Part shown: piece after piece, positions 9,373 to 19,119 of the stretch
How the letters are laid out: each line of letters opens with the position of its first letter
Numbering within the stretch: position 1 is the stretch's first letter
Assembly (NCBI GenBank): GCA_018399055.1
Contig: CP073762.1
Location: 1,912,831 to 1,976,830 of the forward strand
Reading direction: 5' to 3'
Source of the DNA: Simkaniaceae bacterium
GTDB lineage: Bacteria; Chlamydiota; Chlamydiia; Chlamydiales; Simkaniaceae
Length of the DNA: 64,000 nucleotides
Made by a program: the position numbers and the translations under genes
The notes under the pieces: generated by a model
Told to the model about the DNA's origin: nothing
What the model saw: the letters and a program-made list of their open reading frames with translations, nothing else
Databases searched by the model: none

Positions 9373-9515
9373 ATTTGACAATATCTCCCTTGTCGCCCAT
9401 GTAAAAGCCGCTGCCAAAACATTCGGAGAAATTGCAGATGAGCTTCGATCATTTGGCTGTATAAATGCTGCATTCAAAGATGGACACGTTACGTTATAAT
9501 TTGGCAGAAACGTGA

Positions 9516-10670
9516 TTAACTCTTTTGAAAGAATCCCTTTTTCTTGTTCTCTTTTTCAATCTTACCAAGAACAGCGCCGCCAATTCCAAGAATTAATGCT
9601 GCTGAGGTGATGACGAGACCTAGATAGGGAATTAGAGAGAGAATGAAGTAAACAATCAAGGCAAAAGCAAAGTAGAGCTTTTTATGCCTTCTGAATTCAA
9701 AGCGGCGAAAGAGGTGGGTTGAAAGCCACAGGATAGAGAGAATCTTCGCCGTGTAAAAACCTACGACAGTTAGAGAGAGAAGCGTCAGAGCAAAGGGAAC
9801 GCCAAGTATGGTGATGATCATTCCAAGCATGATAATGGGAAGCAGAAAGATCAATACAATCCCTGCAACAGCAGACTGTGCAGGTTTAGTATTGAGCATC
9901 TCAATAGTCCGCTCAATCCTTTGAGGGAAATAGCGAAGCATGATGAGTCCTATAATAAAGCTATAGAAGAAGTTCATTACAAGACCAGCAAATTTTGATC
10001 CAACCTTCAGCCAGTTAAACACTTTGTTATGCATAAGGTCATAGAAGAATGAAGGGTGATGAGTCACTCCCCCCTTCACTGCAGCATTGGGATCGATAAG
10101 CGCATTTTTATTGCTCCAGTACTCAAGAGAACCATCGATTACAACTTTGGAAGTTAAGCGGAGTTGCCCCACATTCGCTAGAACTTTTCCCCCAATATGA
10201 TCCGAAATACGAACACTCGAGGAATACAGGCGAAGATTTCTGGCAATATAGGCTTCCACATCTGCGTTCCCCGAAACCAGAACTGCGTTCCGCCCAATTG
10301 TGGCAGATGGGCCTAGCTCAATTGTGGCAGCCACTCCTGTGAGACTTCTTCCTATGTGCCCGGTGATGAGTGCTTGCCCTGCAAGCATCCGGACATTATT
10401 CGCAACGTTTCCTGAAACTTCAACGCTACCTGCTAGGGCCAAAACATCACCATTAACAGTCCCATCAATAAAAACTTGCCCACCCAAAACATAAAGATCG
10501 CCATTGATTGTGCCAGAAATTTCTACTGTTCTTCCATTTGCAAAGTAATCATTATTGATCACAGCAGTGCTGGGAAGGACAACGATATCAATCTCGTTAT
10601 CCTCTTTCTCAGCAGCAAAAAGAACACCAAATAATAGGAGAATAACTAGAGTGCAGTGGCGTAACGCCAT
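9516..10670 (-). CDS. Membrane protein with N-terminal signal/anchor, bactofilin-like (polymer-forming cytoskeletal) beta-helical repeats and a C-terminal multi-TM domain
   Basis: Hydrophobic N-terminus. Repeated G.(V/I).G(D/N)(L/V) units (GTINGDLYVLGGQVFIDGTVNGDVLALAGSVEVSGNV...). Four or five hydrophobic helices at the C-terminus. Confidence 0.6.
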   Translation of the reverse strand: MALRHCTLVILLLFGVLFAAEKEDNEIDIVVLPSTAVINNDYFANGRTVEISGTINGDLYVLGGQVFIDGTVNGDVLALAGSVEVSGNVANNVRMLAGQALITGHIGRSLTGVAATIELGPSATIGRNAVLVSGNADVEAYIARNLRLYSSSVRISDHIGGKVLANVGQLRLTSKVVIDGSLEYWSNKNALIDPNAAVKGGVTHHPSFFYDLMHNKVFNWLKVGSKFAGLVMNFFYSFIIGLIMLRYFPQRIERTIEMLNTKPAQSAVAGIVLIFLLPIIMLGMIITILGVPFALTLLSLTVVGFYTAKILSILWLSTHLFRRFEFRRHKKLYFAFALIVYFILSLIPYLGLVITSAALILGIGGAVLGKIEKENKKKGFFQKS

Positions 10671-11617
10671 TTTGCTTGCCTTCGCTCTTTAAAGAGTTTT
10701 ATTTGCCGTTCAACAGCCTTTTCAATCACATTCTCACATAGAAGGATTTCTTTTTCATCTTTCTTTTTGCGAGCGATCTCACCAATTTGATCGATATTAT
10801 AGAGGGTTAACTTGGGGTGTATAGCAAGACTTGGATTGATATTTCTAGGAACACTTAAATCAAAAAGGAGAATATCCCCAATATTTTTACACGCTTTATC
10901 AATCACAAAGCGGTCGTGATTGGTCCCACAAAGTACAATATCATAACAATTCCACTCTGAAAGTTTGTCCCAGTGAATGACCTTTGGAGTAGGAAATTCC
11001 CCCTGCTTCATTCTTGTGCACAAAGTCAGTTGGTGACACCCTTTCTGCTTAAAGAAAACCATGAGCTGCCGGTTGATGGAAGAATTGCCAACAAATAGAA
11101 CGCGGCAATTTTTAATGATTTTCTGATTCCCCTCTACAATCGATTGAATCGCAAGCGGGAGAGGAACTCCTTTTTTAGTGAGAAGAAATGAGGTTCTCAT
11201 CTCCTTTCCAATCTTAAGTCCTTTTTGAAACAGGTAGTGGAGCTCATGAGAAAGATGTCCCCTGTTCCTTGCAGCTTCATAGGCTAGTTTTGCCTGCCTT
11301 TGGATATCACTTTCACCAAGGATTGCACTATCGATTCCTGAAATAACTTTTCCTAAATGATGAAAACAATCTTGGCCAAAGTAGGAGTAAAGAGCATGTT
11401 CAAAACTTCCTGAAATCTGGCTTCGTAGTTTTGCAAGTATCTCAATTTGCTTTCCTGCTAAACTCTGAGCACAAAAAAAGAGCTCCGTTCTGTTACACGT
11501 AGAAAGGAGTATCAAATTCGAAGCACTTTGGAACTCTTTTTGAAATGCCCTTGCAAGCCTTTCACGAAGCGCTAACGAAGATGATTTATGATTGATTCCG
11601 ACAACACCAACTTGCAT
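10646..11617 (-). CDS. hemA: Glutamyl-tRNA reductase (short chlamydial-type form)
   Basis: MQVGVVGINHKSSSLALRERLA, LSTCNRTELF and HLGKVISGIDSAILGESDIQRQ are classic HemA motifs. Confidence 0.85.
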   Translation of the reverse strand: MQVGVVGINHKSSSLALRERLARAFQKEFQSASNLILLSTCNRTELFFCAQSLAGKQIEILAKLRSQISGSFEHALYSYFGQDCFHHLGKVISGIDSAILGESDIQRQAKLAYEAARNRGHLSHELHYLFQKGLKIGKEMRTSFLLTKKGVPLPLAIQSIVEGNQKIIKNCRVLFVGNSSINRQLMVFFKQKGCHQLTLCTRMKQGEFPTPKVIHWDKLSEWNCYDIVLCGTNHDRFVIDKACKNIGDILLFDLSVPRNINPSLAIHPKLTLYNIDQIGEIARKKKDEKEILLCENVIEKAVERQIKLFKERRQAKWRYATAL

Positions 11618-11665
11618 ATACTTTGTGACCTGATCAAAAAAAACCGTATATAGCTTATCTGATGC

Positions 11666-12259
11666 TTACTCGTCTACAAGCAATTGCTCCCGAACAAGAG
11701 AATTGTCAAACCCCTTACCGATTAAAAACCGATAAAGGCGCTGTTTCACTTTGAGCTCTGAAAGATCTGCAGAGCGTATTTTCTTCTTGATCCACTGAGC
11801 AATTTGCTCCCTTTGTTCATCATCGGTAAAGGAGCCTCGCGCCATTTCTTTTAATTCTGGCGCTTTCTGCCAGAGCTTCATGGTAATCATCTGAGGTCCT
11901 AGCCCTCTTCGCTTCCCTCTCTCAATAAAGAGCCTCCCCTCCCTCTTATCGTCCAAATAGCCCAGTTTTTCGCACTCTGAGAGAACCTCAGCTATAGCTC
12001 GAGGATCGATTTTATAAGAGTTGAGCTTCTTTGTGAGCTCTGCTTTCATGAATCCCCTAAGAGCAAGCCACTTATACACAAGCATGCGGGCGAGTTTTAT
12101 ATCAACTCTTAAGCATAAGTCACTTAGATGTTTTTTTTCAGAGATGCGAAGAATTTCTTTTAAGTGATTCTTATAGAGACGTCTATGAACCTTTTTCCAC
12201 TTTTCCCCATCGATCAAGATGTCAGCAAATCGCTTATTATCAATAATTTCTATCTTCAT
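11666..12259 (-). CDS. recX: RecX-like regulatory protein
   Basis: 197 aa of repeated three-helix units (ALRGFMKAELTKKL..., ECEKLGYLDDKR, LIGKGFDNSLV) typical of RecX. Confidence 0.6.
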   Translation of the reverse strand: MKIEIIDNKRFADILIDGEKWKKVHRRLYKNHLKEILRISEKKHLSDLCLRVDIKLARMLVYKWLALRGFMKAELTKKLNSYKIDPRAIAEVLSECEKLGYLDDKREGRLFIERGKRRGLGPQMITMKLWQKAPELKEMARGSFTDDEQREQIAQWIKKKIRSADLSELKVKQRLYRFLIGKGFDNSLVREQLLVDE

Positions 12260-12348
12260 GCACTCTTTACAAAAGTTGTGGAATTAAATCCTATGCTTTA
12301 TAATAGGCCTAAGGATAAATAGAAAACAACGTGGGAGAAGACAAAATT

Positions 12349-12549
12349 ATGTCAGACGCAATTGAAGCCGTTAGTGGAGTCTCAGAGACTCAAAGCTCAG
12401 CTCAAGCAAACCTGATGCAACAGCTTGAGATGCAGGATATTCAGAACACTAACCTGACAAGTCAAGTTAATCAGACCTACAATAGTAGTCTACAATCTCT
12501 AGCTCAATCGACAGGTGATCCAGCTATTGCTGGCCAAAATGATGGCTAA
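12349..12549 (+). CDS. Small Gln/Ser-rich protein
   Basis: ATG at 12349 preceded by GGGAGAAG (the ORF track begins at an upstream GTG at 12331). Followed by a clean hairpin terminator. Confidence 0.5.
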   Translation: MSDAIEAVSGVSETQSSAQANLMQQLEMQDIQNTNLTSQVNQTYNSSLQSLAQSTGDPAIAGQNDG

Positions 12550-12569
12550 ATCAAGATTTTAAAAGATCA

Positions 12570-12596
12570 GCCCTCACAATGTGAGGGCTTTTTTTT
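12570..12596 (+). terminator. Rho-independent terminator
   Basis: GCCCTCAC-AAT-GTGAGGGC followed by T8. Confidence 0.8.
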
Positions 12597-12747
12597 GCCC
12601 TAAAAAGGAGTCGTCATATTAAATCTGCAACACAATAACCCTTTCCAAGACAACTTATTGAATTAGACTGGAAAACAGATGATGCGGATTTTTCTGGATT
12701 TCATGAAATATCCAGGCTAAAGTTTAGATTAGGCAAGGAGAAGGAAA

Positions 12748-12903
12748 ATGAGTGGCGTTTCAGGTGTCGGATCTTCAGGAAGTATTCCCCCACAAGAACC
12801 AGTTCAGCAAGTAACCGATCCCAATGAGGATACGGCGATTAGCTTTTTTCATAATCAGTATGCATCTCAACTTGCAGCTATTGGAAAAGAAGAAAACCTT
12901 TAA
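12748..12903 (+). CDS. Small protein (51 aa), below the ORF-track size cut-off
   Basis: Hand-translated as MSGVSGVGSSGSIPPQEPVQQVTDPNEDTAISFFHNQYASQLAAIGKEENL. AGGAGAAGG SD upstream. Shares the N-terminal SGV.G motif with the next ORF. Confidence 0.4.
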   Translation: MSGVSGVGSSGSIPPQEPVQQVTDPNEDTAISFFHNQYASQLAAIGKEENL

Positions 12904-12914
12904 GGGAGAAAGGC

Positions 12915-13199
12915 GTGGTGAGTGGCGTTCAAGGACCTAATGATGGGAGTGATCCCACCCAATCAAGTGATGCACCAGAGCAATACCAAACGGGAATGAG
13001 TGCGATGTATACTGGATCCAAAGCTCCAGGGTTTCAGAAATGGATGTCTCAGTGGTTTGGAGCCAATGTCACTCCAGAAATGGTCTCAGCCTTCGAACAA
13101 AATATGATGCAAATGATCCAAACCAGTATGAAACAGTCTCAAGCTCAACACGAAAAGGTTCAACAAAAAATCAAAGAGCGTATCGACGAAGACGGTTAA
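12915..13199 (+). CDS. Small Gln/Met-rich protein
   Basis: 94-aa ORF with a GTG start, beginning (M)VSGVQGP. GGGAGAAAGG lies upstream. Confidence 0.5.
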   Translation: MVSGVQGPNDGSDPTQSSDAPEQYQTGMSAMYTGSKAPGFQKWMSQWFGANVTPEMVSAFEQNMMQMIQTSMKQSQAQHEKVQQKIKERIDEDG

Positions 13200-13242
13200 G
13201 AGCCTCCTCCTATAAATTATCTCCTGTGTTATAATTCCCCCT

Positions 13243-14136
13243 ATGATCAAAAGTTTTATTATAGATGAGTCCATAAGGCTCGATAAGCTTTTAGCTAAGC
13301 GATTTACCGACTACTCCCGTAGCTATTTTCAATATTTAATTGAAATCGGCTCAATTACCCGGAATGGGAAAGGGGTGAAGAAGCGGGAAATCCCAGCTGT
13401 AGGGGATGAGATTCAAATCTTTTTTAGCGCCTCTCCAGAACTGGAGCTCATTCCAGAGGATATTCCGTTGGAGATCCTCTACGAAGATGAATCGATTATC
13501 TGCATCAATAAACCAGCAGGGATGGTTGTCCATCCCGCTCCCGGTCATCCTACGGGGACCTTTGTCAATGCCCTCCTCCATCACTGCAAATCACTTCCCC
13601 CTCAAGACCTTCGCCCAGGTATTGTCCATCGCCTTGATAAAGACACCTCTGGAGTCCTTCTTGCTGCAAAAACTTTGGAAGCTCACCGGAAGCTCATTGA
13701 AGCTTTTTCAAATAGAAAAATCGATAAGGAATACCTCACGATTACAGTGGGGAAACCCTCAAAAGAGTCAATTGACGCGCCCATTGGACGCCATAGTGTA
13801 AAACGAAAGGAAATGACCATTGTTGAAACAGGACGCCATGCTTTGACCCATTTCGAAGTGATTGATAGCCATGAGGGCTTTTCTTTTGTTCGCGCAAAAC
13901 CAGTCACTGGCCGTACTCACCAAATTCGGGTCCATCTTAAAGCTCAAAATACTCCTGTTTTGGGTGATCCTATTTACGGACCTGAAAAGCTTAATCGCAA
14001 AATGGGCGTGCTTCGTACTCTTCTCCATGCTCACCGACTTTCTTTCCCCCATCCCTCGACAGGAGAAAGGGTTGAAATCACAGCTCCTCCCCCTGAAGAT
14101 TTCCAGAAGTGGTCAAATTACATTCAAAAATTCTAG
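13243..14136 (+). CDS. rluD: 23S rRNA pseudouridine synthase, RluD/RluA family
   Basis: N-terminal S4-like region, HRLDKDTSGVLL catalytic motif and GRTHQIRVHL. Confidence 0.9.
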   Translation: MIKSFIIDESIRLDKLLAKRFTDYSRSYFQYLIEIGSITRNGKGVKKREIPAVGDEIQIFFSASPELELIPEDIPLEILYEDESIICINKPAGMVVHPAPGHPTGTFVNALLHHCKSLPPQDLRPGIVHRLDKDTSGVLLAAKTLEAHRKLIEAFSNRKIDKEYLTITVGKPSKESIDAPIGRHSVKRKEMTIVETGRHALTHFEVIDSHEGFSFVRAKPVTGRTHQIRVHLKAQNTPVLGDPIYGPEKLNRKMGVLRTLLHAHRLSFPHPSTGERVEITAPPPEDFQKWSNYIQKF

Positions 14137-14232
14137 ATTAATATCATCAATTTTTACTATCATAGGGTTTGCCCTTGATTGCAGTCAGGGGTGAGAGCTA
14201 TTTAATACAGGCACGCAACCAAGGACCGAACC

Positions 14233-14487
14233 ATGAAAGAATTTGTAGAATATATCGTAAAAAATCTCGTAGACAATCCTGACCAAGTAAAGATTAATGA
14301 AATCGGCGGAACCCACACCCTGATTATTGAACTCAGCGTCGAGAAGGCTGACATTGGAAAAATTATTGGAAAAAAAGGGAAAACCATCAACGCAATCCGC
14401 ACTCTCCTAATGTCTGTCGCAAGCCGCAATGGAATCCGCGTCAACCTTGAAATTCTTGAAGAGGACGGCTCCAAAGTCGAAGACTAA
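14233..14487 (+). CDS. khpA: KH-domain RNA-binding protein (YlqC/KhpA-like)
   Basis: 84 aa containing IGKIIGKKGKTINAIRTL, the GxxG KH motif. Confidence 0.8.
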   Translation: MKEFVEYIVKNLVDNPDQVKINEIGGTHTLIIELSVEKADIGKIIGKKGKTINAIRTLLMSVASRNGIRVNLEILEEDGSKVED

Positions 14488-14513
14488 ACACACACTTATA
14501 ATTGTAAACGTTT

Positions 14514-14540
14514 AGGCTATCCATGTGATAGCCTTTTTTT
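14514..14540 (+). terminator. Rho-independent terminator
   Basis: AGGCTATC-CATGT-GATAGCCT followed by T7. Confidence 0.75.
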
Positions 14541-14616
14541 GTGGGAAGGAATCTTGCTCGAAAAAAAAATTACTGATATATCCAAGCTCTGAGCCATACC
14601 AATCACAAGAGACAAA

Positions 14617-15288
14617 GTGCAAAATTATCAAGATATCAAAAGTCAATTTTTGCAAGATGAATATATCAATGAACACTTTTTCAAAAATAAAAAAAACGGT
14701 GTTTTTCTAGATATTGGAGCAGGACTGCCTATTGAGGACAACAATACCTATTTTTTAGAAAGTAAGCTTGGATGGACAGGACTTTGTATTGACCCTCACC
14801 CCAGAATGTTTGAAAAGCTCAAAGCAACAAGAAAATGTCTTTGCCTCGACGTCGCTGTCGTGCCATTTCATAAAGGAACGATGGAATTCATGCAATTGGA
14901 CAAGCTTAAAGGATTAAGCGGTTTAGTTGACTATTACGGTGAGCAGGATAAGGAGAGAATCAACACGCTGCGAGAAAAAGTCGGGGATGTCCCGGAAATT
15001 ATCTCCGTTAAAACGCTTCCCATCAACCATATTCTTGAAACTCATAGTTTATTCCGCATCGATTTTTTGTCCTTAGACATAGAGGGAGGAGAATTAGACG
15101 TTCTTAAAGCCATCGATTTTGACCGGTTTTTTATCGATGTGGTCTCAGTAGAAAACAATTGGGAAGATCCCTGGTTCCAAGAGGCAAAAAACAGTACGAT
15201 TCGAAAATATATGGAGTCTGCTAACTACCAATACATCACGCGGCTAGGGGTCGATGAGATTTATAGAAAGAAAAAGAATCCCTATTGA
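14617..15288 (+). CDS. FkbM-family SAM-dependent methyltransferase
   Basis: GVFLDIGAG SAM-binding motif and the later FLSLDIEGGELDVLK motif typical of FkbM methyltransferases. GTG start. Confidence 0.7.
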   Translation: MQNYQDIKSQFLQDEYINEHFFKNKKNGVFLDIGAGLPIEDNNTYFLESKLGWTGLCIDPHPRMFEKLKATRKCLCLDVAVVPFHKGTMEFMQLDKLKGLSGLVDYYGEQDKERINTLREKVGDVPEIISVKTLPINHILETHSLFRIDFLSLDIEGGELDVLKAIDFDRFFIDVVSVENNWEDPWFQEAKNSTIRKYMESANYQYITRLGVDEIYRKKKNPY

Positions 15289-17915
15289 TCGAGCCTAGGA
15301 AGATAGGGGGCAATCATTGCTTTGCGCGAATTCAGGCCACCCGCGCTGTAACGGAGGATAGCAATTGGAAGATCACTTGGCGTTTCAGGAAGATGGTGCT
15401 TGATCGGTAAAAAACTCTCCTTAAAAATCTGAGAAAGTTCCCTTGCATTATTTCCTAAGAGCTCGAGCTCGAATTCAAGCCGTTGGGCAGCGGGAGATCC
15501 TTTAAATCCGCTCAAGAAAAGCTTCAATTTCTCAATAGCAAGCTCTGTATGAGGAACCCAAAACCACATCTCATCATGGTGATTGTATGAGATCTTCCCT
15601 CCCTTAAAGAGTTGTTGAGCACTTGCAACTGTCGAGGTTGCATGAAGGTGAAGCATGATCTCCCTATTATTTGCATAAATATTGAGAGCTTTTTCATACC
15701 ACAGCTTGCGAAGCTCTGGAGCTGCTTTTTCAAAGTTAGAATAATTGCATGCAAAAATCTTTGTTTGTCCAACACGGTTGCAATAGTTGAGGATTTTTGT
15801 ATCGATAAAGATATTTGAAGACTCCCCTCTAAGAGCTCTTTCAAGATTTTCATCAACCCCTTGCTCTTTGTGCTCATAGACCTTGCTATAAAGAGAATAA
15901 AAGTCTTCATTTTGAAGGAGCCTCTCTGCTGCTTTGATGGTGTAATCCTCATCCTCGCGGATGTCATCAAAATCAACAATTTCCATCTCCTTCTTGGCGA
16001 TAAGAGATTTCATCCGATTAAGAAGCGAGGCCATACAATTCACATCAACCCGAGATACTTTAGTCAATAGATCAGTGTCGTCAAGGATCGCATAAATAAA
16101 GTGGAGGTACTCTACAAGTTCCCTCTTTGGATCGACATAATGTTCACAATCAGCACACAAGACTTTTTTCTTCTGAAGGAGGCGCTGGTATATTCGAATG
16201 TCTCGAACACAATCGAGCTTCTTCTCTACTTCTTGGAGTTGCGCATCCACATCCTTTTCTGACAGTCCACCAAGGCCATACTGATCGTTAATCGAAAACG
16301 CTAACTCGGCAACGATTGAATTCGAAGATTGTGCATCACTAATCATCGCTTTTGGAGGCGTATCCGTAAAAAGCGAGCTTTTATGGTGGTCGATTACACT
16401 AATAACTTGGAGATAGGAAGGGATTTTCATCTCTTCTCGATTACAAAAATCTCGAAGTGTTACCGTCCCAAGCGCTTCATCTTGGAGTTCATGGCTATGG
16501 ATCACCCCAATAGGAATGGGACGTCCCTCTAAATCGGTTTGATTAACGGTAAGATAGGAGTAATTCCCCATTTTAGAACGAATTTCTTCGATATCGGTTC
16601 GATGAGACAAATATTGCGGTTTAAATCCAAAGACATCTGTCTTAATCTGGAAGGCAATGGCTAAACTATCGACATGATTTCGAATACTTGAAAATGCATC
16701 GGAGAGGAGTTTCACTAAAATCTCAAGTTGATTAAAAATCAGAGGACGGTTCTCAGTTAAAACCCCTGAAGCATCGAATAGCTCTGATTTTAGAAGGGAA
16801 CGGAGCCATGAAATAATCTGAGTAAAATTGACAATATCAATCTTTTCCATCGACAAAGAAAATTCTTCAAATGATGCCTCATTTCCTTTAGCAATTCCGA
16901 GCACCTTAACAAGATAGTCGTTCACAAACTGAAGGAGGTTCGGGGGAAGCTCTTTTGCAGGGGCACATTCACTTATTTTCATCTCTAAAAGCTCACGGAT
17001 CTCTTTCGAGATGTGATCAATTGTCAGTTTTTTTTGCGCAAAGCAGGAGATAAGTTGAATGTGAAGGTTTGATTCAAACCACATGAGGCAATTGTTAAAA
17101 GCCATTACGACTTGCCGGATTCCTTCCAGATCAATCGTCCGCCAATCACCAAGATAGTACCCGTGTTCATCGACCAAAACGACGGCACTTCTCTGCCTTT
17201 CATGGTCAAAACTTAAGGCTCGATCAGTGGTATGTTTCTGAATCATTCCCTTTTGAGACAAGAGATCCAAACTGGTCAAAGTAAGGGAAAGACGCGTTTT
17301 TGCTAAACAATTAAAGACCTGGGGACCAAAAAGCCCCTCAAACAGAAGCCCAATTTCAACTTGCGCAGAAGGCGGGCCACCTGGAACATTCCAAATATGG
17401 AGCCCATTGCTTACACGCGCTGCAAATGCATCGACCCAACCCCAAAACGAAGCCACGGTCGTATCTAGATCTGGAGAGTTATGGGCTGTGACAAAATGCG
17501 TTCCTGAATAAGACTTGCCCATCCCAATAGGGAAATAGGTCTGATAAGCATCTCGTGGAATCCACTTCCCAACAATTTTGCCCCGAATTTTGTAATTCTC
17601 TTCTTTGCTAAGCCCCGAAAAATGGTTGAGCCAAAGCTCAAAAAGGGAAAACGAGTGCTGCTCAAGAACCTTTTCCTGATCGACACGTCCAATATACTCA
17701 ACCACCCCTTCCAATAAAAAAGAGGGCTCAGGAGCCTTTAAAATTAGATCAACAAGGGCTCGATTCACAAAATCAGACTTACCGTGCTCATTTTTTTCTT
17801 GAAACTCTTTCGTTTGAAAGGTCTCAAAAATACCGTCGAGCCCTTCGAATGTTTTCGATTCAAAAGGATATTCCCCTAGAAGTGGAGGGTGAGCACGCTT
17901 TTTTCCCATGGACAC
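15282..17915 (-). CDS. Large DHH-family phosphoesterase-domain protein
   Basis: 877 aa. AHNSPDLDTTVAS (DHH motif I/II-like) and VISVIDHHKS (DHH motif). The rest is unassigned. Confidence 0.5.
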   Translation of the reverse strand: MSMGKKRAHPPLLGEYPFESKTFEGLDGIFETFQTKEFQEKNEHGKSDFVNRALVDLILKAPEPSFLLEGVVEYIGRVDQEKVLEQHSFSLFELWLNHFSGLSKEENYKIRGKIVGKWIPRDAYQTYFPIGMGKSYSGTHFVTAHNSPDLDTTVASFWGWVDAFAARVSNGLHIWNVPGGPPSAQVEIGLLFEGLFGPQVFNCLAKTRLSLTLTSLDLLSQKGMIQKHTTDRALSFDHERQRSAVVLVDEHGYYLGDWRTIDLEGIRQVVMAFNNCLMWFESNLHIQLISCFAQKKLTIDHISKEIRELLEMKISECAPAKELPPNLLQFVNDYLVKVLGIAKGNEASFEEFSLSMEKIDIVNFTQIISWLRSLLKSELFDASGVLTENRPLIFNQLEILVKLLSDAFSSIRNHVDSLAIAFQIKTDVFGFKPQYLSHRTDIEEIRSKMGNYSYLTVNQTDLEGRPIPIGVIHSHELQDEALGTVTLRDFCNREEMKIPSYLQVISVIDHHKSSLFTDTPPKAMISDAQSSNSIVAELAFSINDQYGLGGLSEKDVDAQLQEVEKKLDCVRDIRIYQRLLQKKKVLCADCEHYVDPKRELVEYLHFIYAILDDTDLLTKVSRVDVNCMASLLNRMKSLIAKKEMEIVDFDDIREDEDYTIKAAERLLQNEDFYSLYSKVYEHKEQGVDENLERALRGESSNIFIDTKILNYCNRVGQTKIFACNYSNFEKAAPELRKLWYEKALNIYANNREIMLHLHATSTVASAQQLFKGGKISYNHHDEMWFWVPHTELAIEKLKLFLSGFKGSPAAQRLEFELELLGNNARELSQIFKESFLPIKHHLPETPSDLPIAILRYSAGGLNSRKAMIAPYLPRLDQ

Positions 17916-17930
17916 TTACGTTTATATAAA

Positions 17931-18004
17931 CGGACTGAGCAGGACTCGAACCTGCGACCGTCCGCTTAGAAGGCGGATGCTCTATCCAGCTGAGCTATCA
18001 GTCC
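17931..18004 (-). tRNA. tRNA-Arg (anticodon TCT)
   Basis: Hand-folded cloverleaf. Acceptor GGACTGA/TCAGTCC, D arm GCTC/GAGC, anticodon stem TCCGC/GCGGA with loop CTTCTAA, T arm GCAGG-TTCGAGT-CCTGC. Confidence 0.9.
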
Positions 18005-18100
18005 TCAAATTTCATCTGTGGTTTTTTCTGAGAAATGTTCACAGACATTGCGGATTTTAGTCATAAGAAAAATGAATATCAAGTATATTTGTTTCTTAAG

Positions 18101-18265
18101 CTCGACTTTGTACATTTTTTGGCTAGCAGATCTCCAGTGCTTCCCTGGGAGCAGGGTGTTTTTAATTTGAATGGAATGGTCGAATGGCCATTTCTGAAAA
18201 TTAAAAATCGCTCTGATTCTCTGGAACCACCGGGGAGATGCAGTCAAAAAATGTACAAAGTCGAG
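18101..18265. repeat. 20-bp perfect inverted repeat pair enclosing ~125 bp, next to tRNA-Arg
   Basis: CTCGACTTTGTACATTTTTT (18101..18120) is the exact reverse complement of AAAAAATGTACAAAGTCGAG (18245..18265). Confidence 0.8.
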
Positions 18266-18300
18266 TTAAGTGATAATAACCGAAAAATAAGGCGGAAACA

Positions 18301-19119
18301 ATGCTTAAGATTGGTGAAATTGAGATTGGAAAAGATTCTCCTCTTGTCGTGATTTCAGGTCCCTGTGTGATTGAAAGTGAAGCCCACGCTTTGAAAACTG
18401 CATCCGAGCTAAAAAAAATGTTTGCAGATTGTGGAGTCCAGTTAATCTACAAATCAAGTTACGACAAAGCAAACCGCTCATCTATTGATTCTTATCGAGG
18501 TCCTGGAATAAAAGAGGGGCTTCGCATCTTAAAAAAAGTGAAGGAAGAATTCGATCTTCCTGTGTTTACCGACATCCATCACCCAGAAGAGGCTGCTCCT
18601 GCTGCTGAGGTGTGTGATATCCTCCAAATCCCCGCCTTCCTATGTCGACAAACAGACCTTCTCATTGCAGCGGGAGCAACGGGAGCTGTTATCAATATCA
18701 AGAAAGGTCAATTCATGTCCCCTTGGGACATGGAACATGTTGTGAAAAAAATTCTCTCAACTGGAAATGACAGAATTATCCTCACTGACCGAGGAACCTC
18801 TTTTGGATACAACAACCTTGTCTCAGATATGCGAACGATCCCCGTTCTTAAAAACTATGGGTTTCCAGTTTGTTTCGATGCCTCTCATTCGGTTCAACTT
18901 CCAGGTGGAATGGGGAGTCAATCCGGGGGCCAACGTGAATTTATTCCTACCCTCGCAAAGTCTGCCCTTGCGGCAGGGGCCAATCTTCTCTATATTGAAT
19001 CTCATGACAACCCCTCAGAGGCGAAAAGTGACAAGCATTCTGTCATGCCTTTTAATGAACTGCAGAAGCTTTTAAGGGAGGCCCTCCCTCTTTATAAACT
19101 GATTCAACAAGGATCTTAA
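18301..19119 (+). CDS. kdsA: 3-deoxy-8-phosphooctulonate (KDO-8-P) synthase
   Basis: VISGPCVIES, YKSSYDKANRSS and IPAFLCRQTDLL motifs. Confidence 0.92.
   Translation: MLKIGEIEIGKDSPLVVISGPCVIESEAHALKTASELKKMFADCGVQLIYKSSYDKANRSSIDSYRGPGIKEGLRILKKVKEEFDLPVFTDIHHPEEAAPAAEVCDILQIPAFLCRQTDLLIAAGATGAVINIKKGQFMSPWDMEHVVKKILSTGNDRIILTDRGTSFGYNNLVSDMRTIPVLKNYGFPVCFDASHSVQLPGGMGSQSGGQREFIPTLAKSALAAGANLLYIESHDNPSEAKSDKHSVMPFNELQKLLREALPLYKLIQQGS

Noticed and set aside
15524..16532. Alternative-frame and antisense ORFs inside the DHH-family gene (15524..15979, 15612..15818, 15861..16070, 16329..16532).
   Set aside because: They are nested in an 877-codon ORF carrying recognisable DHH motifs. AT-rich sequence gives chance ORFs.
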